Under the pieces are notes generated by a model that was not told the origin of the DNA, did not search any database, and saw only the letters and a list, made by a program, of their open reading frames with translations. DNA of 27,783 nucleotides from a virus (lineage: Duplodnaviria; Caudoviricetes): IMG/VR virus record IMGVR_UViG_3300033475_000126, positions 1-27,783 of that record; one strand, written 5' to 3'. Positions 6,590-15,028 of this stretch are shown in pieces; the stretch's first letter is position 1, and each line of letters opens with the position of its first letter. The position numbers and the translations under genes are program-made.

Positions 6590-7859
6590 GATTACGCTGC
6601 CGACGTTCCACGCCGGGCAGATCAAGATTTATCAGAACCGAACGAAGCGCAATTCCGTTCGGTGCGGGCGGCGCTTCGGCAAGACCAAGATGATGGTCAC
6701 TCTGGGCGGCGATGCGTCAATTAAGGGGCGCAAGGTCGGGATATTCACCCCCGAGCACAAGCAGCTTTTCGAGCCCTATTACGAACTTCTGAGCATCCTG
6801 CAGCCGATCAAGACGCAGGCCAGTAAGAACGACGGAATCATCCGCGTATCGACTGGCGGCCTGATCGACTTCTGGCATCTCAATGACAATGAGCTTGCTG
6901 GTCGCGGTCGTGAATATGACCTAGTCCTGCTCGACGAGGCCGCCTTCACCAAGAATGCGCAGATGATGCGCACCTGGGAAACGGCCATCATGCCGACGAT
7001 GGCCACGCGGCCGAATGCCGAGGTGTGGTTGTTTTCTACGCCCAACGGCAACGACCCGGAGAACTTCTTTTACAAGGCGTGCCGAGAGCCGGATCTGGGG
7101 TTTAAGGAGTTCTGGGCTCCGTCCAGCGAGAACCCCGCCGTCTCTGAGCAATTTCTTGCCGAGGAGCGGATCAAGAAGAGCCCACTCGCGTTTTCTCAAG
7201 AGTACGACGCAGAGTTTGTCGATTGGTCTGGTGTCGCCTTCTTCGCCGAAGACAAGATGCTGCTCGACGGGCGGCCCTTGGATATGCCGGATCGCGTCGA
7301 TTACGTCTTCGCGGTCATAGACACGGCGCTGAAAGACGGCAAGCAGCACGACGGGACCGCGGTTACGATCTGGGCCTACTCCAAGTTCAGGCCAGCCTAT
7401 CCCCTGCTGCTGCTCGATTGGGACTGCGTGCAGATCGAGGGCGCAATCCTCGAGCATTGGCTGCCGACTATCTTTCAGAGACTGGAGGAGTTGGCCAAGC
7501 AATGCGGCGCCCGCTACGGATCAGCCGGCGCATACATCGAAGATAAAGCTAGCGGAATTGTGCTGCTGCAGCAGGCCGCCAACCGTGGTTGGCCGGCGCA
7601 GCCGTTGCCTGGCGCCCTGACGGCTCTTGGCAAGGATGAGCGGGCTTTGTCCGTCTCGGGCTATGCCTACCAGGGTTTGATGAAGATCACGCGCCCAGCC
7701 TTCGAGAAGACGACCGACTACAAGGGCGTGCATCGCAACCACTTCCTGGCGCAAGTCTGCGGTTTCAGGCTGGGGTCGAAGCGCGATGCGCAGGACGACC
7801 TTTTGGATTGCGCGACCTACTCGATGGCCATCGCCCTCGGAAACAGTGACGGGTTCTGA
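6579..7859 (+). CDS. terL: Terminase large subunit
   Basis: Q-motif FHAGQ, Walker A CGRRFGKT, Walker B LVLLDEAAF, motif III FSTP, QEYDAEF, nuclease acidic residues (VIDTA, DGTA, IEDK, QDDLLD). Confidence 0.95.
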   Translation: MAIEITLPTFHAGQIKIYQNRTKRNSVRCGRRFGKTKMMVTLGGDASIKGRKVGIFTPEHKQLFEPYYELLSILQPIKTQASKNDGIIRVSTGGLIDFWHLNDNELAGRGREYDLVLLDEAAFTKNAQMMRTWETAIMPTMATRPNAEVWLFSTPNGNDPENFFYKACREPDLGFKEFWAPSSENPAVSEQFLAEERIKKSPLAFSQEYDAEFVDWSGVAFFAEDKMLLDGRPLDMPDRVDYVFAVIDTALKDGKQHDGTAVTIWAYSKFRPAYPLLLLDWDCVQIEGAILEHWLPTIFQRLEELAKQCGARYGSAGAYIEDKASGIVLLQQAANRGWPAQPLPGALTALGKDERALSVSGYAYQGLMKITRPAFEKTTDYKGVHRNHFLAQVCGFRLGSKRDAQDDLLDCATYSMAIALGNSDGF

Positions 7860-7865
7860 CATTCC

Positions 7866-9359
7866 ATGAGCGGTTACCAGGGAGCGAACGAAGCCGAGGG
7901 GGGCGTTGGCTTTACCTCCATAGGCGCCGCCTCCATTGGCACCGAGTTGACGAAGCTTCTGCTCGCTGAGGACATCCAGCCGGGCAGCGCGACCAGCTAC
8001 CAGACGGCCAAGACCATTTTTTTGCACCATCCGCTCGGGGCAAAAATGGCCGAAGTCCCCGTGAATATGGCGCAGAGTCAGGCGCGGGAAATCTCTGTCA
8101 GCGCCGGCCCTGAGAGCGTTCTGATCCCCGCGTTCAATCGTGAGTGGCGTCAGCTCGGTCGCGTTGGCGCTGATGTGTTGATCAAGAACACACGGGTACT
8201 GTCGCGCGTCTACGGCATCGCATCTGTGGGCGTGGGTGAGCGCAACGGCGATACGAGCGCCCCGCTTGATCTCGAAACGCTGGCAACTGCGGATCTGTTC
8301 TTCAACGTTTTCGATCCATTAAACACTGCCGGTTCTCTCGTCCTCGACCAGGACCCGAATAGCCCCGATTTCTTGAAGCCCAAGGCTCTGACGATATCTG
8401 GCAAGGCGTGGCACCCGTCGCGCACCTGCGTCGTGATGAACGAGCAGCCGATCTACATCGCCTTCACCAATTCTGCGTTTGGCTTCGTCGGCCGATCCGT
8501 CTACCAGCGCGCGCTATTCCCGCTCAAGTCCATGATCCAGTCCATGATCACGGACCAGTATGTGATCGTGAAGTGCGGCCTTCTCATCGCCAAGATGAAG
8601 GCTCCCGGCTCGTTCATCAACAATACGATGATGAAGGCGTTCGGCTGGAAGCGCGATCAGCTCAAGGGCGGCGTCACCGGCAACGTTCTGACAATCGGCG
8701 AGACCGAGGCGGTCGAGAGCTTGAACTTCCAGAACCTAGAAGGACCGGCTCGCATGGCGCGCGAGAACATCCTGAAGAACATCGCCATGGCCGCCGGTAT
8801 GCCGGCCCGCCTGCTCGATCAGGAGACGATGGCGTCCGGCTTGAGCGACGGCACGGAAGACGCCAAGCAGATCGCCCGTTACATCGATCGCGAGCGGATC
8901 GAGATGGCGCCGATCTATGGCTTCTTCGACGATATCGTGATGCGCCGCGCGTGGTCCGAAGAGTTCTACGAGGCCATCAAGGGCAACTACCCGGAATACA
9001 AGAAAGTGCCCTACGAGACCGCGTTCACGCAGTGGCGCAACTCGTTCGAGGCCACCTGGCCGAATCTGCTCGAGGAACCCGATAGCGAGAAGGCCAAGGT
9101 CGACGAAATCCGCTTCAAGTCGGCAACCGCTCTCATTGAGGTCGGGGCTCCGCTGGCCGGACCGAAGAACAAGGCTGAACTCCTGCGTTGGCTACAGGAT
9201 CAGGCGAATAACTGCGAGCAACTGTTTACGTCCAAGCTGCGGCTTGACGACGATGAGCTCGACAATCCTCCTGAGCCGGTTGCGACCGAGGAAGCCGACG
9301 CAACAACCGGAGAAGAGACGAAGGAGCCGCACTCGCCGCCCTTCTCGTCGCACTCATGA
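7866..9359 (+). CDS. Portal protein (DUF1073-type)
   Basis: 497 aa directly after terL; SRVYG, HPSR, IAMAAGMP..LL and G..D...Y motifs typical of DUF1073 portals; acidic tail. Confidence 0.85.
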   Translation: MSGYQGANEAEGGVGFTSIGAASIGTELTKLLLAEDIQPGSATSYQTAKTIFLHHPLGAKMAEVPVNMAQSQAREISVSAGPESVLIPAFNREWRQLGRVGADVLIKNTRVLSRVYGIASVGVGERNGDTSAPLDLETLATADLFFNVFDPLNTAGSLVLDQDPNSPDFLKPKALTISGKAWHPSRTCVVMNEQPIYIAFTNSAFGFVGRSVYQRALFPLKSMIQSMITDQYVIVKCGLLIAKMKAPGSFINNTMMKAFGWKRDQLKGGVTGNVLTIGETEAVESLNFQNLEGPARMARENILKNIAMAAGMPARLLDQETMASGLSDGTEDAKQIARYIDRERIEMAPIYGFFDDIVMRRAWSEEFYEAIKGNYPEYKKVPYETAFTQWRNSFEATWPNLLEEPDSEKAKVDEIRFKSATALIEVGAPLAGPKNKAELLRWLQDQANNCEQLFTSKLRLDDDELDNPPEPVATEEADATTGEETKEPHSPPFSSHS

Positions 9360-10195
9360 ACTATCATGCGCCGCAGTCCTTCCAGCAGGTTCTGGCCGAG
9401 GTTCTGAAGCATATCGCTGACCACGGCTACTCCGACCAGGATCGCATGGAGGAGTATCTGCTGCGCCTCCGCATGGCGGCGGAACGCGAGATCGGATCGC
9501 CCCAGGCCGCTGACAAGGCCATGCGTGACGCTCTGGGCGCCATCTACGGGCGTCTGATCGATCAGGGTGGCGTCTCTAAGTATGCACCCGAGGTGCCGCG
9601 CTACACCATCGCCATGGTCCGCCCCCAGCTACGGGCCGAGCTAGACCGCCGCGTGATGGCCGCGACTGACCTGATCAAACTGCGCCGCGGCGAGGCCATC
9701 GACAAGACGCTGCGCCAGGTTGTGGGCTGGACGACATCGATACCGCCCGGTGGGGTGAGCGACGAAAGCCTGCGCGAGGTCAAAAAGCGCGTCGGGGATT
9801 CGCTAAAGCAGTATCGCTTTGAGTGCCGGCGCGTGTCGATTGATCAGGGGCACAAGCTGGTCAACAACGTCGCAAATATCGTGGCGGTCGACAATGGCGC
9901 GATTGCTGGCGAATGGCACAGCCACTGGCGCCAGGCCGGGTACAATTATCGCAAAGACCACAAAGAACGTGATGGCAAGTTCTTCGCGGTCAAGGATAGC
10001 TGGGCTGTCCGTGAGGGGCTGATCAAAAAGGGCGACGGGTACCTAGAGGACATCACGCAACCCGGCCAGGAGCCGTTTTGCCGGTGTTTCGTCCGCTACG
10101 TCTCCTCCCCTCGCCGCCTGCCCGACGACATGCTGACCGACAAGGGCCGACAGTGGATTGCCCAAGGTAGAGCAAGACAAGGAATGGCAGCGTGA
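9356..10195 (+). CDS. Minor head / head morphogenesis protein (MuF/SPP1 gp7-like)
   Basis: After portal; IDQGHK, W.S...RKDHKERDGK, PGQEPFCRC motifs. No toxin-like C-terminal extension. Confidence 0.85.
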   Translation: MNYHAPQSFQQVLAEVLKHIADHGYSDQDRMEEYLLRLRMAAEREIGSPQAADKAMRDALGAIYGRLIDQGGVSKYAPEVPRYTIAMVRPQLRAELDRRVMAATDLIKLRRGEAIDKTLRQVVGWTTSIPPGGVSDESLREVKKRVGDSLKQYRFECRRVSIDQGHKLVNNVANIVAVDNGAIAGEWHSHWRQAGYNYRKDHKERDGKFFAVKDSWAVREGLIKKGDGYLEDITQPGQEPFCRCFVRYVSSPRRLPDDMLTDKGRQWIAQGRARQGMAA

Positions 10196-10434
10196 GCGAC
10201 GAACCCAAGCTAGTCTTGGCTGGAAATTTCACCGCCGATGAGGACGTCTCCGGCAGATCGCCGTATGTGCTCCTCTTTGCTGGGCGTCCATATTTTGAAA
10301 ACGGAAAGCTCGTCGCACTCCACATTGGTGAACTTTCCGGCGATCTCGTTGTGGATTATCACTTCCAGAAGCGATCGGCAGACGGACTCACCTGGTTCGA
10401 TCGGAGCCAGACGGAACGCAAGACAAGCGCATGA
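10192..10434 (+). CDS. Hypothetical protein
   Basis: GTGA and ATGA overlaps; AAGGA RBS. Confidence 0.55.
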   Translation: MSDEPKLVLAGNFTADEDVSGRSPYVLLFAGRPYFENGKLVALHIGELSGDLVVDYHFQKRSADGLTWFDRSQTERKTSA

Positions 10435-10601
10435 TCGACATCGCCACCTATCACGCTAAGCTTGCCATTCGTGCCGCGGAGCATCGCGCACGGGAGGCTG
10501 CAAAGGCTTCAGAGGCAGCGCGCGTTCAGCGTGCCGTTGAGGAGCAGAACGCGGCCTATATCGCCGATATGAAGATCGCGGACCCCGAAGATGCCGCTTG
10601 A
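10431..10601 (+). CDS. Small Ala/Glu-rich helical protein (56 aa, not in the track)
   Basis: ATGA start; [56 protein letters not shown]. Confidence 0.55.
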   Translation: MIDIATYHAKLAIRAAEHRAREAAKASEAARVQRAVEEQNAAYIADMKIADPEDAA

Positions 10602-11022
10602 GACGGGCTCCAGTCGCGCGGCCGTGTCGCACAACATTGCGACCGAGCGGAAAGCCGGAAAGCCCGAAGACCAGGCAATAGCCATTGCCATGAACAAGGC
10701 TGGGCTATCCCGATCCGACCGCCTGGACGCCATCATGGATAGTGTGGCGCGGCTGTCGGCTTGCATGGATGCTCTGACCCGCAAAGATGCGACCAACGAG
10801 CCCCACGGGGGCACGGACTACGCCGATCCTGGGTACCAGTCGGACGGCAAGAAGCGCTACCCGGTGAACACCAAAGAACGCATTAGGTCAACATGGGACT
10901 ACGCCCACAAGGGCAAGGATGCGGACAAATACACCGCTGAGCAGATTGCCTCGATCAAGCGCCGCATTGTCGCCGCCTGGAAGAAGAAGATCGATCCAGC
11001 CGGGCCGCCAGAAGCCGCATGA
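10591..11022 (+). CDS. Head-associated protein: MPL..G.S...NI..E..AGKP..QAIAIA module + scaffold-like linker + DUF6582-like domain
   Basis: N-terminal motif common in phage head-region proteins; YADPG...KRYPVNT..RIRS.W.Y...IKRRIVAAW resembles DUF6582. Confidence 0.7.
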   Translation: MPLETGSSRAAVSHNIATERKAGKPEDQAIAIAMNKAGLSRSDRLDAIMDSVARLSACMDALTRKDATNEPHGGTDYADPGYQSDGKKRYPVNTKERIRSTWDYAHKGKDADKYTAEQIASIKRRIVAAWKKKIDPAGPPEAA

Positions 11023-11186
11023 GCCTGCGTGACGAAGTGATCGCCACGCTGCGACGTGCCGGTGAGACCGACGTATCGGATGCGACGCTCGAGCGGCATT
11101 TCGATCCAGTCGAATTGCCAGCGACCCATGCGCAGGTGAAGCGCCTGCGGGATAGTGGGCGGATTAGGGTTGAGGATTTGTGCTGA
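11019..11186 (+). CDS. Small hypothetical protein (55 aa, not in the track)
   Basis: ATGA overlap; [55 protein letters not shown]. Confidence 0.5.
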   Translation: MSLRDEVIATLRRAGETDVSDATLERHFDPVELPATHAQVKRLRDSGRIRVEDLC

Positions 11187-11337
11187 GGGCCGCTTGACGC
11201 AGCTATCCCTAAATTCCGGCTAAATCGTGGGCGGCAGTTCTACAAAAGGTTCGACCCGGAAAACTTTCCTTGCCTGCGTGTCCATCCACGCCGCCTCAGC
11301 CCAAGCATCCTAGCCTCACACTCAGGACTTCGCAACC

Positions 11338-11865
11338 ATGATCCGTGCGGCAGGTCTCGCTATGCTCTGCCGCAAGGGCAACGTGGTGACCACGCTCTTC
11401 ATTCGGCGTGGCCCTGGATCTGATTTCCCAGGTTGCTGGCATTTCCCGGGCGGGCGCCTCGAATCCGATGAGACCCCGGACGAGGCCGCTGAGCGCGAGA
11501 CGCTAGAAGAGGCAGGCCCCTGCCCTCATGGCGCACTGACCGAACTGATGGTCACACTCGATGCCGACCGATCCGATGGTGAGGTGGTCGAATACACGAC
11601 GTTCACCGCCGCAACCAACGATGAGTTCCGCGCCGTTCTGAACTGGGAGAACACGGCCTGGTGCTGGGCGCCGATCGATGATCCGCCGCAGCCCATGCAT
11701 CCTGGAGCTCAGAAGGCTCTGGAGCGGCTGACGGGTGTGACGCCAGCAGAGAAAGCGGTCGAGTTCACTGCCGCGGTCGAATGGAACCGCGACCACTCCG
11801 ACAAGATAGACGCGGCCATGACCGCCGTGGATGCGCTGATGAGGCGCGCTGACATCTTCAAATAG
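11338..11865 (+). CDS. NUDIX hydrolase in the head module
   Basis: W.FPGG followed by an intact Nudix box G-RLESD-E-TPDEAAE-RETLEE-AG; LNWE...W...P.PMHPG; AGGA RBS. Confidence 0.92.
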   Translation: MIRAAGLAMLCRKGNVVTTLFIRRGPGSDFPGCWHFPGGRLESDETPDEAAERETLEEAGPCPHGALTELMVTLDADRSDGEVVEYTTFTAATNDEFRAVLNWENTAWCWAPIDDPPQPMHPGAQKALERLTGVTPAEKAVEFTAAVEWNRDHSDKIDAAMTAVDALMRRADIFK

Positions 11866-11876
11866 GCGCGCTGCCC

Positions 11877-13289
11877 ATGGCTACTGAACTCTCTGTCGCG
11901 GAAGCCATTCGCGACGGCCATCTGTCGTCCCCGCAACGCTTGGGCACGATGGACCTCGTAGCGCTTCGCATCACGGGCACAGGCGCCTCGTATCGTGCCG
12001 GACTGAACGAATACGTTTGGCGCGACGAAAGCCACTATCTCAACGATGAGTTCTTGCGTAGGTGCAACGGGCTCCCAGTGATCTGGGAGCATCCTCCACA
12101 GAAACCAAAGCTGGACTCAGAAGAGTTCGGCCAACGTGTAATCGGATCAATCATGTTGCCCTATATCAAGGGCAGCGAAGTCTGGGGCATCGCGCGCATC
12201 TACGATGCCGAAGCAATAGACGCGATACGCGCTAACCAACTTTCCACCTCTCCCGGTGTCGTCTTCGTCCCCTCGGATGGAAACGAGACCTTCAACCTGC
12301 CCAACGGTGAGACCTTTCTCATCGAGGGGAATCCGTCACTTCTTGACCACCTCGCAGTTCTCCCAGCCGGAGACTTGGGTGTCTGGGACAAGGGCGGCGA
12401 TCCGACTGGCGTTTCCACATCAACCGCGAGGGACAGCATGTCCGAAGAAGAGAAGGCGGCGGCTGCCCGCGAGGATGCAGCCAAACTCGACAAGATCATC
12501 GGGGCTCTCGATGGACTCGGCAAGCGCATGGACGCTTTCGAGGCCGACAAGTCCCGGAAGGATGCCGAGGAGGCTGAGAAGAAAACCGAGGAGAAGGTCG
12601 ACCATAAGGACGCCGAGACCGAGGTGAAGTGCGACGCCGAGTACGAGAAGCGGGAAGACCGCAAGGACGCCGAGGACGTCAAGGAAACCGCCATGGCCGA
12701 CCGCAAGGATGCGGGCGAGACCGAAGAGGAGCGCCGTGCCTTGGAAAAGGCCAACGAGGTAAAGGCTGAGAAGGAGCGCGATGACGCCCGCAAGGACGCC
12801 GCCGCTGCTCATGCCAAGAACGCGGAACTGAGCGACCGCCTCGCCGCACTTGAGAGCTTCATGCGCGAACAGACCCGCGAGCTCTCCGCGTCTGAGCGGG
12901 ATGCGCTTGCGACGACGCAGGCGCGTTGGGATTCGGTGGCGGCCATGTTCGGCGACCGCGCTCCGCAGCCCATTGGCGGCGAAAGCTCCCTCGCCTATCG
13001 CAAACGCAATATGGAGCGCTTCAAGAAGCATTCTCCGAAGTTCAAAGACAGCCGCTTCGACAGCGCTGACGCCGGCATGATCGACGCCATCGAAGAGATC
13101 ATTCGTAATGATGCGATCTCGGCCGCTCGCACCCCCGCCCAGGCCGGCGCCGGCATTCTTGTGCCGACCGTGACCCAGGCCGGCGGGCGCGAGATCACGC
13201 GCTTCTACGGCGATCCGATGTCGTGGATGCAGCATTTCATGACCGGCGCGCAGGTCGGTTCTTTCGTCCGTCCGCAGAGGGGGAACTAA
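11877..13289 (+). CDS. Prohead protease (DUF2213-type) fused to scaffold
   Basis: N-terminal GLPVIWEHP, IGSI, LSTSP, DHLAV, GVWD motifs; C-terminal highly charged coiled coil with (R/H)KDA repeats. Confidence 0.85.
   Translation: MATELSVAEAIRDGHLSSPQRLGTMDLVALRITGTGASYRAGLNEYVWRDESHYLNDEFLRRCNGLPVIWEHPPQKPKLDSEEFGQRVIGSIMLPYIKGSEVWGIARIYDAEAIDAIRANQLSTSPGVVFVPSDGNETFNLPNGETFLIEGNPSLLDHLAVLPAGDLGVWDKGGDPTGVSTSTARDSMSEEEKAAAAREDAAKLDKIIGALDGLGKRMDAFEADKSRKDAEEAEKKTEEKVDHKDAETEVKCDAEYEKREDRKDAEDVKETAMADRKDAGETEEERRALEKANEVKAEKERDDARKDAAAAHAKNAELSDRLAALESFMREQTRELSASERDALATTQARWDSVAAMFGDRAPQPIGGESSLAYRKRNMERFKKHSPKFKDSRFDSADAGMIDAIEEIIRNDAISAARTPAQAGAGILVPTVTQAGGREITRFYGDPMSWMQHFMTGAQVGSFVRPQRGN
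12438..13289 (+). CDS. Probable nested, in-frame scaffold protein from an internal start
   Basis: GAGGGA (12428-12433) precedes ATG MSEEEK at the protease/scaffold boundary, as in lambda C/Nu3. Confidence 0.5.
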   Translation: MSEEEKAAAAREDAAKLDKIIGALDGLGKRMDAFEADKSRKDAEEAEKKTEEKVDHKDAETEVKCDAEYEKREDRKDAEDVKETAMADRKDAGETEEERRALEKANEVKAEKERDDARKDAAAAHAKNAELSDRLAALESFMREQTRELSASERDALATTQARWDSVAAMFGDRAPQPIGGESSLAYRKRNMERFKKHSPKFKDSRFDSADAGMIDAIEEIIRNDAISAARTPAQAGAGILVPTVTQAGGREITRFYGDPMSWMQHFMTGAQVGSFVRPQRGN

Positions 13290-13292
13290 CCC

Positions 13293-13919
13293 ATGTCCGG
13301 CACCGTCTCGATTAATCCCTACGCTACGACCACGCCGCAGAACTCGTTCCTGGTTCAGACTCAGGGCTACTACCAGGGCGCGCCCTACGACGATCCGATC
13401 GCGCGCCTCTGGCTGGCCAGCGGCACGCTGAAGAGCAGCGAAACGATGGTGATGTGGGGCGGCGTCCCCATCTTCGAATATGTCACTGTCGCCGGGTCTG
13501 GCGCCGACGGCCTTGGTCCCCAGGTAGGCCGCGCCACGTCGCAGGCGACGACCACGGGCTGGTCCACGAACCTGCAAATGAACAGCATGGTCGTGACCCC
13601 TGGCAACTCGGTCCCCCTGGCTGGAATCGGCAACAGTGTCGGTTTCTTCCGCAACGGCACCAACCAGCGCCTCGCGGTGCAGATCGATCCGGCGCTCGTC
13701 ACGACGCTGACATCGGCCGATGCCCTGATCAACGCCACGGCCCTTTATTGGGATGTGACAAACTATCGCGTCACGGCCACGACCACGGGCGGAAACTTCG
13801 CCCTGCCGACGACCACGAAACTGCTGTCGATCAATACCAACAGCCAGGTCGTTTCCTACAACTCCGGCACTGGCGCCGTCACCTGGACCACGGGTGATGC
13901 GGCGATCATTTTGATCTAA
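13293..13919 (+). CDS. Capsid decoration/cement protein
   Basis: Thr/Ser/Gly-rich 208 aa between scaffold and MCP; MWGGVPI.E, FFR.G...R and LYWD motifs of Bcep781-like head proteins. Confidence 0.7.
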   Translation: MSGTVSINPYATTTPQNSFLVQTQGYYQGAPYDDPIARLWLASGTLKSSETMVMWGGVPIFEYVTVAGSGADGLGPQVGRATSQATTTGWSTNLQMNSMVVTPGNSVPLAGIGNSVGFFRNGTNQRLAVQIDPALVTTLTSADALINATALYWDVTNYRVTATTTGGNFALPTTTKLLSINTNSQVVSYNSGTGAVTWTTGDAAIILI

Positions 13920-13931
13920 GGAGCAGCACCC

Positions 13932-14957
13932 GTGGCAAATATTTTCCCCACCCAGATCAAGGCGTCTCCGTCGTTCACGGAGCCGGAACTGATCCTCACC
14001 TATGCCCAGGCTTCTGGCGCGTTTGCCGCCCTTCAGGACGGCAAGCCGCGTGTCAAGATCGGCAGCGAAGACATGGTGGTGTACGTCAACCGCCTTGACA
14101 TTCGCTCCGAGGCGGCGGCCAGCCAGTCCCCCACCAACGCGCTGCCTTCGGCGACACTCCGCGCGAGTTACGATCAGACGGCCACCTACCTGATCCGCAA
14201 CCGTGCGATCTGGGACCACCATGACATCGCGCGTGCCGCCGACTACAGCGTGGCGCTTCCAGCGGCGCAGGATCTTGCCCTTCGTCAGGGTCATTTCCAG
14301 ATGGCGCGCGCCGCCCTGCTCTACGGGTTCAACCCGGCCAACGGCGAGGGCCTGTTGAACACGTCCGGCGCGACCGTTTCGACGCTTCCCGCCGACAGCT
14401 ATGGCAACACGACCGCACAGACCTATGACAATGGCCAGATGGCCCTGTTCTGGCTCGGGCAGATCGTGGCGCTGAAAACCCGCATGTTCCAGTCTGGCGG
14501 CAACATCAAGAACAAGATCGTTGTCATCAGCCCGCAGCGCATCTTCCTGACCTTTGCCGAGCAGAGCATCGTGCAGGTGACCTCCTACCAGCGCCCCGGC
14601 GCCGGCACCTCCACTGTCGCCGAAGTCATCAAGAACGTCGCCGAAGCGAATGGCGATACGTTCGAGTGGTATTTCGACGATACGCTGATCGGCCAGGCTT
14701 CGGGCGGCAACGATGCTGTCATCCTGACGATGCCCGAAATCGAACAGCCGAGCATGCCCGGCATCAACACCAACGAGTTCGGTGGCCTTCAGCCGAATCT
14801 CAAGGCCGTCAATCTCATGTACGCCGACATGGCAGCGCCCATGAAGATCCCGACCCCGACGCCGGACGGCGCCATCACCGAAATTCAGGAATGGCGCATC
14901 ACCTCTGGCTGGAACGTCCGGCCCCAGGGAATCAGCATCGTCGGCGTGCCTTACTAA
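13932..14957 (+). CDS. Major capsid protein
   Basis: 341 aa, strong AAGGAG RBS, highly biased codons, followed by a terminator; PELILTYAQASGAF and RITSGW.VRP motifs of Bcep781-like MCPs. Confidence 0.88.
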   Translation: MANIFPTQIKASPSFTEPELILTYAQASGAFAALQDGKPRVKIGSEDMVVYVNRLDIRSEAAASQSPTNALPSATLRASYDQTATYLIRNRAIWDHHDIARAADYSVALPAAQDLALRQGHFQMARAALLYGFNPANGEGLLNTSGATVSTLPADSYGNTTAQTYDNGQMALFWLGQIVALKTRMFQSGGNIKNKIVVISPQRIFLTFAEQSIVQVTSYQRPGAGTSTVAEVIKNVAEANGDTFEWYFDDTLIGQASGGNDAVILTMPEIEQPSMPGINTNEFGGLQPNLKAVNLMYADMAAPMKIPTPTPDGAITEIQEWRITSGWNVRPQGISIVGVPY

Positions 14958-14986
14958 ACAATTACCACCTGAGTTCACGTCAATGA

Positions 14987-15019
14987 AACGGGGCGCCTTC
15001 GGGTGTCCCGTTCTTTTTT
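14987..15019 (+). terminator. Rho-independent terminator after MCP
   Basis: AACGGGGCGCC-TTCG-GGTGTCCCGTT followed by CTTTTTT. Confidence 0.85.
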
Positions 15020-15028
15020 GAGGATGCA

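Noticed and set aside
7866-9359. Possible anti-CBASS Acb1 label sometimes attached to DUF1073 proteins
   Set aside because: No paired HxT/S 2H-phosphoesterase domain is visible; size and position fit a plain portal.
9356-10195. MuF polymorphic toxin
   Set aside because: The protein ends about 35 aa after the CRC motif, leaving no room for a toxin domain.
11225-11300. tRNA suggested by GGTTCGACCC
   Set aside because: No cloverleaf, D-arm or acceptor stem could be built around it.
13287-13934. Protease/scaffold, decoration and MCP genes in frame and separated by single TAA codons (also in-frame junctions at 16640, 17099 and 23692): read-through or recoding?
   Set aside because: TAA is a poor read-through codon, the downstream head genes have their own RBS and start, and all three stop codons are used normally elsewhere in the window.
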